Shown piece after piece: positions 9,572-20,405 of a stretch of DNA of 64,000 nucleotides (position 1 is its first letter; the number at the start of each line of letters is the position of its first letter). The stretch is from NCBI GenBank assembly GCA_048594885.1, contig JBMDXB010000112.1, positions 150,088 through 214,087 of the forward strand, in the 5' to 3' direction. Position numbers and translations under genes: made by a program. Below the pieces are notes generated by a model. It was not told the DNA's origin and ran no database searches. It saw nothing but the letters and a program-made list of their open reading frames with translations. The DNA comes from Vicinamibacterales bacterium. Lineage in GTDB: Bacteria; Acidobacteriota; Vicinamibacteria; Vicinamibacterales; 2-12-FULL-66-21.

Positions 9572-11008
9572 ATGAACACCACGGTGGTCATCGGCGCCGG
9601 CGTAGCAGGACTTGCGGCGGCCTGCCGCCTTGCCGCGGCCGGTGCAGACGTGACCGTGCTCGAAGCGAACCCACAGCCGGGCGGCTGCTGTGCCACGACG
9701 CAGTCGGCCGGCTACACCTTTCACGACGGCGCGATCTACGTCGCCGTTCCGCAGATCCTCGATGTCGCGTTTGCGCAACTGGGGCTCGATCGCGCGGCGC
9801 TCGTGCCGCTGCGCCGCTTGACCCCCATGTTCTCGGCGCGTCTCGCCGGCGGCGACGTGGTGACCTGGCGCGATCGGCGTGACGTGCGTATCGAGGGACG
9901 CGCCTTCGACAGCGCACGACTGCAGGACGACTTCGATCGGCTTCTCGCGCGGTGGGTTCCCGTCCTGGACATCGCGGTCGATCACCTCATGACGCGGCCG
10001 TTCTCCTCATGGCGCGCGCTGCGGCAATCCTGGAGACACCTCTCGAAACTGCGCGGAACGGTGGCGATGGAGCTGTGCCGCCTCGTCAGCGATCGCCGCG
10101 TACGCGCGGCGCTCGCCGGCGCGCTTCTGCACACCGGGCTCGCGCCGCAGGACATGCCGGCGCCGTCGATCCTCGCGTTGACCGGGATGCTGCGCGACGG
10201 CCTGTTCCTACCGTCGACCGGGATGGGCGCGATTCCCGGCGCGCTGGTGAAGGCGCTCGAGGCCCGTGGCGGCACCCTGCACACGCACGCGCGTGTCACG
10301 GGCATCAGCGTCGAGGGCGGCCGCGTGCGCGGCGTCGACGTCAACGGACGCGACAGACTCGATGCGTCAACCGTGATCTGCACCGTGAACCCGATGACGA
10401 CCTTCACGGCGTTGATCGAATCGGCGCGCGTGCCCCGCTCCACGGCGCGGCGCGTGCAGCGCGCGCGACTCTCGCATCGAGCCATCAGCGTCCAGCTCGG
10501 TGTGGCGAACGCGATCGAGGCCGACGCGGTGCTGAACATGGTGCTGCCGGAGATGGAGCGGCAATCGGAGGTCGTCCGTCAGGATCCATTCGACGTCCGC
10601 TGGCCCGTCTACTCGGTGCCCACGATCGCGGCGCCGCAGCTTGCGCCCGCCGGCGCGGCGGTCGTTGAGATGTTCATCCCGCTTGGCCACACCCCGGCGT
10701 TTGGCCGATGGGACCCGGCAGCGCGACACGCCGTCGCACGAGCCGCGGTCGCGGCCCTCGGCCGCCTCCATCGGTTGTCCGTGGTCGCCACGCGAATCAG
10801 AACGCCGTCCGACTTCGAACACCAGATGCACCTGTTCGACGGCGCCCTCTACGGCTTGTCGCCCGCGACGGCTCCGCATGCGCATTTTGCGCATCGCTCG
10901 GCGATCGATGGCCTGCTCCTCGCCGGCCAATCGACGTATCCCGGCTACGGCGTCGCACCCGCGATGATGTCCGGCATCTTCGCGGCCGATGCCGCGCTTG
11001 CCGCGTAA
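9572..11008 (+). CDS. NAD(P)/FAD-dependent oxidoreductase, phytoene-desaturase (CrtI)-like family
   Basis: N-terminal dinucleotide fold VVIGAGVAGLAAACRLAAAGADVTVLEANPQPGG. The length (~478 aa) and the C-terminal GQSTYPGYGVAPAMMSG block are typical of the CrtI/amine-oxidase superfamily. Confidence 0.8.
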   Translation: MNTTVVIGAGVAGLAAACRLAAAGADVTVLEANPQPGGCCATTQSAGYTFHDGAIYVAVPQILDVAFAQLGLDRAALVPLRRLTPMFSARLAGGDVVTWRDRRDVRIEGRAFDSARLQDDFDRLLARWVPVLDIAVDHLMTRPFSSWRALRQSWRHLSKLRGTVAMELCRLVSDRRVRAALAGALLHTGLAPQDMPAPSILALTGMLRDGLFLPSTGMGAIPGALVKALEARGGTLHTHARVTGISVEGGRVRGVDVNGRDRLDASTVICTVNPMTTFTALIESARVPRSTARRVQRARLSHRAISVQLGVANAIEADAVLNMVLPEMERQSEVVRQDPFDVRWPVYSVPTIAAPQLAPAGAAVVEMFIPLGHTPAFGRWDPAARHAVARAAVAALGRLHRLSVVATRIRTPSDFEHQMHLFDGALYGLSPATAPHAHFAHRSAIDGLLLAGQSTYPGYGVAPAMMSGIFAADAALAA

Positions 11009-11014
11009 GACGAC

Positions 11015-11704
11015 ATGCGCACGCGGGCGTACAAGGGCATCGCCATGGAAGGCATCGTGGCGAAGTGGTACGCGCGCAGCACCGGCGGCGATCTGCGCCG
11101 CTTCCAGCGCACGGCGGAAAAAGTGCGGCAGCGCGCGCCGGGAGGCGATCGCATTCTCGAGGTCGCGCCGGGTCCCGGGTATCTCGCGATCGAGCTGGCA
11201 CGCTCGGAACACTATGCCGTGACCGGACTGGACATCAGCGAGTCGTTCGTGCGCATGGCGCGCCACAGCGCGCGCACGGCGGGCGTGCGGGTCGATTTTC
11301 AGCAGGGCAACGCCGCCGACATGCCGTTCGAGGACGAATCATTCGATTTCATCGTCTGCATAGCCGCCTTCAAGAACTTCGGCGATCCGGTCGGTGCGCT
11401 CAACGAGTTCCATCGCGTCCTGAAGCCGAATGGCAGCGCGCTCATTCAGGACCTTCGCAAAGAAGCGTCGCGGAATGAAGTCGACGCCGAGGTCCGCGAC
11501 ATGCGGATGTCGGCGTTGAATGCCGCGATCACGCGGTGGGTGTTCCGGCACGTCCTCTTGAAGAGTGCCGTTGCAGGTGCTGAGCTCCGTCGCCTGGTCG
11601 CGGACAGCCGATTTCGTTCCGGCCGCATCGTCCGCGACGGCATTGGCTTCGAGCTCTGGCTCACACGTGGCGATGATGCCGGCGCAAGTGCCACGCGAAC
11701 GTGA
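11015..11704 (+). CDS. Class I SAM-dependent methyltransferase
   Basis: Motif I ILEVAPGPGYLAIELA, then GLDISESFV, then FDFIVCIAAFKNF...LNEFHRVLKPNGSALI. It starts 6 nt after the oxidoreductase. Confidence 0.8.
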   Translation: MRTRAYKGIAMEGIVAKWYARSTGGDLRRFQRTAEKVRQRAPGGDRILEVAPGPGYLAIELARSEHYAVTGLDISESFVRMARHSARTAGVRVDFQQGNAADMPFEDESFDFIVCIAAFKNFGDPVGALNEFHRVLKPNGSALIQDLRKEASRNEVDAEVRDMRMSALNAAITRWVFRHVLLKSAVAGAELRRLVADSRFRSGRIVRDGIGFELWLTRGDDAGASATRT

Positions 11705-11729
11705 TCGGCGCCCGAGACCCTTGCGTGTC

Positions 11730-13379
<1,650 letters not shown>

Positions 13380-13423
13380 TGAAGTCCCTCCACTGCCGCG
13401 TGATGCTGCCTCCGTGAGCTCTC

Positions 13424-13439
13424 CGGTACGACGATTGCG
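13424..13439 (+). promoter_or_regulatory. Candidate sigma-54 (-24/-12) promoter
   Basis: CGGTACGACGATTGCG versus consensus TGGCACG-N4-TTGCW. The GG (13425-26) and GC (13437-38) are correctly spaced. It lies in the 140-bp gap between the divergent activator and the OMP gene, ~80 nt upstream of the 13520 start. Confidence 0.5.
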
Positions 13440-13519
13440 ATACGGCGCAACTGCCAGACGCGCGAACGGTCCCGTCTTTTAGACCGGCGTCGTCGTCTTT
13501 CTGTTTCAAGGAGTTCGTC

Positions 13520-14068
13520 ATGCGTACATTCAGAGGAGAGTTGCCTATGCCCACTGTCAGAGCCGTGTTCGTGCTGGTCGTCGCGCTGTCCGTCGCGCAG
13601 GCGGCGCAGGCGCAAGAGCCGCAACCCGTCGAGGTGACGCCGTTCATCGCACTCGGCTCCAATGGAGCCTCGCCCATCGGCGCGGCGATAACGTTCCCGG
13701 TCACCTCGGCGCTCGCGCTCGAAGCCGAGATGGGGTATCGCCGCGGCGAGGGGGACATCCACGCACTCGGCTTGAGCGCGAATCTCGTCTGCAGGCTGCC
13801 TCGCCTGGGCGCGACGATGCCCTATGTGGCTGGCGGGATCGGCCTCGCCGAATACGGCGCGCCCGTCGTCCTGCGGCCGGGAGGATCTCCGATCGGTACC
13901 GAGCCGCGGGTCACAGTGACCATGAATGCCGGCGGCGGGTTCAAGGTGCCGGTTGGCAATACGTGGGACCTGCGAACCGATGCGCGCTGGTTCAAGTCGT
14001 TCGGCCGTGACGGGAGTGAGCACTTCCGAGTGGCACAAGGCCTGTCCTTCGACGTCGGGCGACGATAA
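13520..14068 (+). CDS. Small outer-membrane beta-barrel protein (OmpW/porin-like)
   Basis: AAGGAG lies 6 nt before the ATG. The signal peptide ends AQAAQAQ. Alternating-hydrophobic strands are visible, with a C-terminal aromatic (F) close to the end. An alternative start is at 13547. Confidence 0.6.
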   Translation: MRTFRGELPMPTVRAVFVLVVALSVAQAAQAQEPQPVEVTPFIALGSNGASPIGAAITFPVTSALALEAEMGYRRGEGDIHALGLSANLVCRLPRLGATMPYVAGGIGLAEYGAPVVLRPGGSPIGTEPRVTVTMNAGGGFKVPVGNTWDLRTDARWFKSFGRDGSEHFRVAQGLSFDVGRR

Positions 14069-14099
14069 CGAGCGTCGCGTGCGCGGCGTGGTTCGATCG

Positions 14100-14714
14100 C
14101 TACGATCGGCCGCGCCGCCGCAAGCGGTGCTCACTTCTCACCTGCCAGGTCTGGCCGCCGTCGAGCGACCGCTCGCCCCGCCAGATCACCGAATCACGGC
14201 GAATCTCGTTGAAGGACCAGCGCAGGTCCGACCCGTCACCCGGTGTTCCCCGCAGCACGATGCGATCGCCCACAGCGCCGCCGCGCAGCGTGATCAGGAC
14301 ACCCGACGCGGGGTGCACCCAGACGATGCGCCACTGGGCGAGCCTCGGATCGTAGAGACGAATCGATGTGCCGATGTCGCGCTGGCCCGGCGCCGTGTGA
14401 CCGTCGGGATACGTGATCCAGACGTCCTGCAACGCCCAGCCGTCGATGATCCAGCCGAAGATCACCTCGCCGCGCCGGCGCGTCGCCGTGCCATCGGGTG
14501 CGAAGCTCACATAGTCGGAATCCCACGTGCCCACAAACTGATCGAACAGCTTCGCGTTGTCTCCAAGCGAGGCGTGCGGCGACGGCGACGGAAGCACGGT
14601 CATGAGATCGCGCCACGTATCGGAAGCGACGGGCCGTTGCCCGATCGTGACCTCGGGCAGCAGCACGGTCCCCAGGCCAAGCACGATGAAGACGAATAAA
14701 ACGAATCCCCGCAT
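14100..14714 (-). CDS. Secreted hypothetical protein (lipocalin/DUF1579-like beta protein)
   Basis: Signal-like MRGFVLFVFIVLGLGTVLL. A W/G-rich beta pattern is present (FVGTWDSDY..GWIIDGWALQDVW..WRIVWVHP). No recognisable catalytic motif. Confidence 0.45.
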   Translation of the reverse strand: MRGFVLFVFIVLGLGTVLLPEVTIGQRPVASDTWRDLMTVLPSPSPHASLGDNAKLFDQFVGTWDSDYVSFAPDGTATRRRGEVIFGWIIDGWALQDVWITYPDGHTAPGQRDIGTSIRLYDPRLAQWRIVWVHPASGVLITLRGGAVGDRIVLRGTPGDGSDLRWSFNEIRRDSVIWRGERSLDGGQTWQVRSEHRLRRRGRS

Positions 14715-14805
14715 GCTCCGTACGGTCATCTCAACGACCCTATCGTGAGGCGTGACGGCGGCGAAAGAGCCAGAACCAGCGGACCGGATGGTGCCAGCCG
14801 TGACG

Positions 14806-16319
14806 TCACGCCGGAAGTTTCTCTTCTACGGCTGGCTGACGATATGAGCGGCGGCTCGCCTGTCGAAGGAGTCGACGGTCCTCGGCGACATCGCGATACC
14901 GCGATGGCCACAGCGGTGCGAAATGCTCCGACAGCCAACCGCCTGTGCGGAACGGCTGCAGTCGCATGTCGCGCATGAGCTCGTCGATGTAGTGCCCCAG
15001 GAATGGGCCCACGAAGTACCCCTCGGGCGTGCCGGAAATATTCCGGCGGCCCACTCATGAACCCGCGCGATCTCCCGCTCCATGTCGGCGACGGCAGGTA
15101 ACGTCAATTCGCCGCGAAAGTATTGAGACAACCAGTGCGCCGCAATCTCGGACGTGAGCTGACACGCAGTCGAGGACGCATAGCCGACAAATCCGATGCG
15201 CGGCGCGCGTGGCGGAACGATGTGGCGGTACAGGTGAAACCTGCCGCCGTTCACCACCGCATCGCGCAAGCCAGCGTCGAGAAAATCGAGGCGCTGCTGC
15301 CAACCGGTGGCACAGATCACGACATCCGCTTCCAGTGGCTCTCCGCTGTCCAGCATCACCGTGGTAGGGCCGGCGAACCTCACGACGCTCGCTCGCTTCG
15401 TCACCAGCGCCTCGGCCCGCAGCGCGTCGTAGAACTCGGTGCCGATGCCGAAGTTGTCGAACCCCGACGATAGCGGATGGGTGGGAACTAGATCGTGCGG
15501 CATGGCGAGTGCCCGCCGCAAGAAGCTGGCCTGTACGCGCCACCAGACGTTGACAGCGCGTCTTGCCGGCCCGTGCAGGAACGACTCGAACCGGTTCATC
15601 GTGTGGTAACGAACGAAGAGTTCGGCAAACCGCGTCAGCAACACTCTGTCGGCGCGAATACATCCGAAGAAGTACCGGGGCGCCATCCAGTGCGGTGCTC
15701 GGTAGACCAGCGCGCATCCGCGAGCGTGCTGCGCCGCCCAGGTGGCGCAATCGAGGGCCGACTTGCCAGCGCCGACCACGACGATGCGTTGACCTTTGAG
15801 GGCGACCGGATCGCTCAGTTCACTCGAGTGAAGGACCTGACCGGCAAAGCGCTCACGACCTTCAAACGCCGGCACGTGGGGGTGTGAAAAAACGCCGTTG
15901 CAGATGGCCACGAAGTCGAAATCGAGCTGCGTCTCACGGCCTGCGCCGTCAGCGGCCCGTAGCCGCACCGCAAGCGGCGCGGCACCGTCGGCCGCATCTT
16001 CCCGCGACTGGGACAGGAGGCACACCTCGGTTCCGAGTCGCAGCAAAGGCCGAAGCCGAAAATGATCCACGTACGACGCGAGGTACGCACGGACCTGCTC
16101 GGCCGTTGGAAAATCATCTGCGGTCTCGGGATACGGGAAATCCGAGAACGCGTAGGTTTCGCGCGGATTGTTCGCGCGCAGGCCAGGATAGGTACGTGAA
16201 GGTGCCCAGACTCCGCCGATGGTCGGTAATCTCTCGCAGACGACGTCAAAGCCATCGTCTCGCAGCACCTTTGCCGTCACGAGCCCGGCGATGCCGGCAC
16301 CGACGATACAAACGCGCAT
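14806..16319 (-). pseudogene. Flavin-containing monooxygenase (FMO/Baeyer-Villiger type), reading frame broken near 15040-15058
   Basis: FAD fold MRVCIVGAGIAGLVTAKVL and a second dinucleotide fold VVVGAGKSALD. After ...REIARVHEWAA the 497-aa frame degenerates into Ser/Thr/Cys/Arg-rich sequence. The family-like C-terminus (EGYFVGPFLGHYIDELMRDMRLQP...) lies in the 14806..15054 ORF in another frame. Confidence 0.65.
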
Positions 16320-16544
16320 TCTCAGGGCGCCGTAGCAACTCGCATGCCCTCACGGTGGGCGCCAGACCGCAGGAAAGGCAACGGATCCTCGCATAGCTCC
16401 CCGAAAGACGCTCGCGAATTTTCGCGATTGCACGACGCTGAGCGTTCAGTGTTTCTTCCAAGATCGGGTGCGGTGGCGTGAGTTGTGAACGGTCGTTGCG
16501 GGCATGATCGTTGCGACATGACCGTCAGCAAATAGAGGATCGTC

Positions 16545-16916
16545 ATGCTCAGAGGACTACTGCCGATGGCCGCGGTCGTGTTGATCGCCAGCTCGATCAC
16601 GATCGCCTGCGCGGGACGGAATGCCGGCGGAACGGCACCAACGCCGGCGGAGACACCACATACCGGGAACGTTTCGGGGGTTCCGCCTCCGCACTCTGCG
16701 CCGCCCGCTCCTACCAGGTGCGACGCGACAAAAGCTCAGTTCGCCATCAGCCAGCCGGCGAGCGACCGGCTGCTGGAGCGTGCACGCGTGGCTGCCGACG
16801 CGGCGACCGCGCGGTTCCTTCGGCCCAATCAAAAGGTCACGCTGGAATTCCTCGCGTCACGATTGAATCTGACGCTGAATGAACGGGACGTCGTGACTTC
16901 GGTGGGTTGCTTCTGA
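16545..16916 (+). CDS. Lipoprotein resembling the peptidase-inhibitor I78 family
   Basis: Lipobox-like SSITIAC. The C-terminal ~70 aa (CDATKAQFAISQPAS...RFLRPNQKVTLEFLASRLNLTLNERDVVTSVGC) match the Cys...R.i.p....T.D....RlN....d....i....C pattern of I78. Confidence 0.45.
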   Translation: MLRGLLPMAAVVLIASSITIACAGRNAGGTAPTPAETPHTGNVSGVPPPHSAPPAPTRCDATKAQFAISQPASDRLLERARVAADAATARFLRPNQKVTLEFLASRLNLTLNERDVVTSVGCF

Positions 16917-16973
16917 CGTCGCTCACCATGAAACGGCCGCCGGGACGACATTCGACGCACAACAGGAGACATC

Positions 16974-17492
16974 ATGAAACCCAGATTCGCCGATAGCCGC
17001 GTGTTCGTCCTTGCCGTGGTCCTGAGCGTGACCTTCGTGCCAGTCGTGACGGCCCAAAGCGACGACATCCCAGGCGAGGAGTACGCCAGCCGCAAGGTCC
17101 CCGTCGTTCAAGTAACTCCATTTGTCGTGCTGGGTTCGGGTCTCGGCTCGCGCGTCGGTGGCGCGGTGGTCATGCGGTGGAAGCCCCGAGTGAATGTCGA
17201 GTTCGGTACGGATTATGGCTCCGACGTCCTGACCTCCACCGCCGGTCTCGTGTGGCGAACCGTATCGATTGGCCGCGTTGGTGTCTATCTCGTTGGCGGT
17301 GGTGGCCTGGAGCGCCGCGGCTTCTCGAGCCGGGTGGGGTCTTCCACCGGCAGTCGCTATCGTCTTGGCACAGCAGTCGGTGCCGGTGCAGATGTCTGGG
17401 TCAATTCGAAGTGGGCGGTGCGCGCGGACGTGCGGTGGTTCAATGACGAGTGGCGACTCGCCAGTGGCGTGACGCTCGCCCTGGCTCGTTAG
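16974..17492 (+). CDS. Small outer-membrane beta-barrel protein
   Basis: Signal peptide VFVLAVVLSVTFVPVVTAQ. G-rich alternating strands with a terminal ...VRWFNDEWRLASGVTLALAR. Its first ~105 nt are duplicated at 21855-21962. Confidence 0.6.
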   Translation: MKPRFADSRVFVLAVVLSVTFVPVVTAQSDDIPGEEYASRKVPVVQVTPFVVLGSGLGSRVGGAVVMRWKPRVNVEFGTDYGSDVLTSTAGLVWRTVSIGRVGVYLVGGGGLERRGFSSRVGSSTGSRYRLGTAVGAGADVWVNSKWAVRADVRWFNDEWRLASGVTLALAR

Positions 17493-17764
17493 CCGGCAGC
17501 GCCGCTCGAAACCAGTGATTACAGCCAGGGCAGCAGCACCTTCGCTCGGTACGCCTCGTAGTTTTCTTCGAACCGCTTCGCCAGCCACGCGTCTTCACGG
17601 ATCCTGATGCGGATCGGCCAGCAGACGGTCACGCAGTTGCAGGATCGTCGGCGCGGGTCGACGATCGCCCAGGCGGAGCGCCCAGACGTCGTGCAGCGGC
17701 ACGTCACGCAGCAGGGCGTGGCAGCGCAGATCGAGCTGTTCGAATGCCGCGGCGGCTAGACGCG

Positions 17765-18190
17765 TCATCGCTGGCGACGCCCGGAATGGAACGTGACGAG
17801 CGCAAAGAGCACGGCGCCGAGCGCGAACCACAGGTCCCAGAAGGTCGTCATCAACGGGACTTCGGCGCCTGTCGCGGCATGGTAGGCCCGCTGGAGAGCG
17901 CCGGTGCCTCCGCGCAGCAGGAGGACGACGGTCCCCACCCACAAAAACGCTCGGGTCACCTTCGGGAATCGGCGTCCCCACGGCTGCACCGACGCGAGCG
18001 CCACGGCGGCGCCGAGCGCACATGCCGCGGCAACCGTCACGTCGTAGGCCAGGAACCACGGACGCCGGAATGCCTCGCGCATGGCCTCGGCGTTCAAGCC
18101 GACCGGCCAGCCCATCGCCCACACGACGTGGAGCACCGAGAAGATCGCCGCCCACGCGGCAGCCGCGCAGGCAAAGGCAGTGCGCATCAT
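17765..18190 (-). CDS. DUF3995-like integral membrane protein
   Basis: Four predicted TM helices with the W-rich motif LHVVWAMGWPVGL near the N-terminus. The start is taken at the MM pair (18190/18187) rather than the upstream Met at 18259. Confidence 0.5.
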   Translation of the reverse strand: MMRTAFACAAAAWAAIFSVLHVVWAMGWPVGLNAEAMREAFRRPWFLAYDVTVAAACALGAAVALASVQPWGRRFPKVTRAFLWVGTVVLLLRGGTGALQRAYHAATGAEVPLMTTFWDLWFALGAVLFALVTFHSGRRQR

Positions 18191-18403
18191 GACCGCGTCA
18201 CGCCACGCGTGAAACCAGGGACGACTGGCACGCGCCGCCGCAGGGACTCCCGTTTCCACAAGCGCGACATCGCACGAGCCAAGGACGATGCCGAGCCGCG
18301 AACGTGCGCGAGGTCAGTGAATTCGTCGGTTTGCGGAGGGATGAACCGATTGCCGAACGACACGACTCTCGCGTTTTCGGGACGAACCGCGCCGCGCCGA
18401 GCA

Positions 18404-18445
18404 TTGGACGATTTCCGCAACTGGCCCATCCGTGAAGCTGCGTGA
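18404..18445 (+). repeat. Dispersed repeat copy A (encodes ...ALDDFRNWPIREAA-stop)
   Basis: TTGGACGATTTCCGCAACTGGCCCATCCGTGAAGCTGCGTGA. It is alignable by eye to copies at 24008, 26784 and 32673. Confidence 0.7.
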
Positions 18446-18493
18446 TTCAGCCGCTTTCGACCTGAACGGTCCGAAGCTACGATACGGGGCCGC

Positions 18494-19195
18494 TCAACTG
18501 GCCGGCGTCGATTCGTCCTTCGTGATGCGTCCATCAACGATCTCGATCACGCGCTGACAACGTGCGGCAATGCGCGGGTCGTGCGTCACTATCAAGAACG
18601 CGGTGCGGTACTCGCCGTTGAAGCGACGCATCAACTCGAAAATGTCGTCTGCGGACGCGGTGTCCAGGTTTCCCGTTGGCTCGTCAGCCAGCACCAGTAG
18701 CGGCCGACGGACCATGGCCCGGGCGATGGCGACCCGCTGCTGCTGGCCGACGGACAGGTCGCGCGTCTTGTACTGCGCGCGATCGGCGAGACCCACGGCG
18801 GCGATCATGTCCTCGGCCCGGCGCCGCATGTCGGCGGTCGGTGTGCCGGCGTCGGCCCATTCGGGGAGCATCACGTTCTCCACGGCGGTAAATGCCGGCA
18901 GCAGGTGATGGAACTGGAACACGAAGCCAAGCCATCGTGCGCGCAAAGTCGTGAGCGCACGTTCATCGAGGCCCGACGTGTCAGTGCCCGCCACGACGAC
19001 ACGGCCCGCCGTCGGCCGATCCAGCAGGCCGATGATGTTGAGCAGCGTGCTCTTCCCGGAGCCGGACGGCCCAATCAGCGCCGCGAACTCGCCGCGATGC
19101 AGATCGAGGGTGACGCCCCGCAGCGCACGCGTGCGCACCCGCTCGCCGTAGTCCCGTACGACACCCTGGACGGAGAGCAGGGGATCAGTCCCCAT
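18494..19195 (-). CDS. ABC transporter ATP-binding protein (LolD/MacB-type)
   Basis: Walker [13 protein letters not shown], signature [14 protein letters not shown], Walker [14 protein letters not shown]-loop VTHD. Confidence 0.9.
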   Translation of the reverse strand: MGTDPLLSVQGVVRDYGERVRTRALRGVTLDLHRGEFAALIGPSGSGKSTLLNIIGLLDRPTAGRVVVAGTDTSGLDERALTTLRARWLGFVFQFHHLLPAFTAVENVMLPEWADAGTPTADMRRRAEDMIAAVGLADRAQYKTRDLSVGQQQRVAIARAMVRRPLLVLADEPTGNLDTASADDIFELMRRFNGEYRTAFLIVTHDPRIAARCQRVIEIVDGRITKDESTPAS

Positions 19196-20405
19196 GGATC
19201 GCTGCCGCCGGATCGAGCCGGGCCGCGCGCCGCGCCGGGATGACTGCCGCCATCAGCCCCACACCCGTCGCCAGCAGCATCGTCCCGAGCAGCAGTGACA
19301 CGTCGACCTGCACCGGGAAGCGCGGGGTCCCGGAGGCGTCCGCCGTCATGACCTCGAACAGCTTCGCGAACAGCACGCCAAGCGCGGATCCGATGAGCGA
19401 TCCCACGGTGCCGAGCACGCCACCCTGAATGAGGAAGATCGCGAGCACGCGACGCGCCGGTGTCCCCACCGCCCGGAGAATTCCAATCTCGCGCGACTTC
19501 TGGACCACCGATACGATCAGGATGCTCGCGATCCCGAGTGCGACCGAGAGCACGACGAAGAACTGGATCATCGTCTTCGAACTGCTTTGCGCCGACAGGC
19601 CGGAGAGCAGTTCCGTGTTCAGCATCATCCAGCTCTCGACAGTCAGGCCGGTGCGTCCGCGGATCGTGTCGGCGAGCCGGTCCGCGTCGAAGACGTCGCG
19701 CACCTTGAGCTCGATGGTCGTGGCACCGCCCGGGAGGGCGAACAGCGATTGCGCATGCCTCAGGGAGGTCACCACCCAGGACTGATCGACCGCTTCGGCT
19801 CCGACCGTGAAGGTCCCGGCGATCGTAACCACGTCGTCCACTCCTTCGGTGGAAGTGACGCGAACGCGATCGCCCACGCCGACGCCGAGGTCGGCGGCGA
19901 GTGATGATCCGATGACGACGCGGCCGCTCGTGACATCGAAGGTGCCCTGGACGATGTCGCGCCGCAGGTCGATGATGTCGAGAAACGAGTCCGGGTCGAT
20001 GCCGCGAATGACGACCGGCACGCGCGCGTCGGCGCGCGTGGCGGTGCCAGAGCCGCTGACCGTCGGCGACGCCGCCGTCACTCCGGGTGTGCGCGCCGCG
20101 GCGCGCATCACCGCCGGCCACTGATCCAGCGAACGCAGCCGCTGCGTGGCGGGCTGGCGGAGCCGGGCGATCGCCAGGCCGTCTCGTGGCTCGACCAGCG
20201 GTCGCGGCTCCTCACGCTGAACCCGCAACGTGATGTGCGATTGCGACCCGAGCGTCGAGTCGATCAGCGACGCCTGCAGCCCATTGATGAGCGCCGAGAG
20301 AAACACGATGACGCTGACACCAACCGCGACGGCCGCCAGCATGAGCGCGGACTGGCCTCGGGCGTCGCGGAGGTAACGGAGGGCGACGAACCACTGAAAC
20401 GGCAT
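19185..20405 (-). CDS. ABC transporter permease, FtsX/LolC-E family
   Basis: [13 protein letters not shown] start, one N-terminal TM, a large periplasmic domain, and a C-terminal FtsX module ([24 protein letters not shown]). The ATG at 20405 overlaps the adaptor gene stop by 1 nt. Confidence 0.85.
   Translation of the reverse strand: MPFQWFVALRYLRDARGQSALMLAAVAVGVSVIVFLSALINGLQASLIDSTLGSQSHITLRVQREEPRPLVEPRDGLAIARLRQPATQRLRSLDQWPAVMRAAARTPGVTAASPTVSGSGTATRADARVPVVIRGIDPDSFLDIIDLRRDIVQGTFDVTSGRVVIGSSLAADLGVGVGDRVRVTSTEGVDDVVTIAGTFTVGAEAVDQSWVVTSLRHAQSLFALPGGATTIELKVRDVFDADRLADTIRGRTGLTVESWMMLNTELLSGLSAQSSSKTMIQFFVVLSVALGIASILIVSVVQKSREIGILRAVGTPARRVLAIFLIQGGVLGTVGSLIGSALGVLFAKLFEVMTADASGTPRFPVQVDVSLLLGTMLLATGVGLMAAVIPARRAARLDPAAAIHGD

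Noticed and set aside
11176-11200. A TGGCAC hexamer inside the methyltransferase gene, and other GG-N10-GC candidates (for example 21834-21850), considered as extra sigma-54 promoters.
   Set aside because: No TTGC/-12 element sits at the required spacing. They are located inside coding sequence or do not fit the consensus.
17519-17768. A 57-aa ORF (MTRLAAAAFEQLDLRCHALLRDVPLHDVWAL...) coupled by ATGA to the DUF3995 gene, and a C-terminal 25-aa piece (EDAWLAKRFEENYEAYRAKVLLPWL) resembling the end of ICMT-type methyltransferases in another frame.
   Set aside because: The fragments are too short to assign. They may be remnants of one or two degraded genes. I could not reconstruct a coherent protein.
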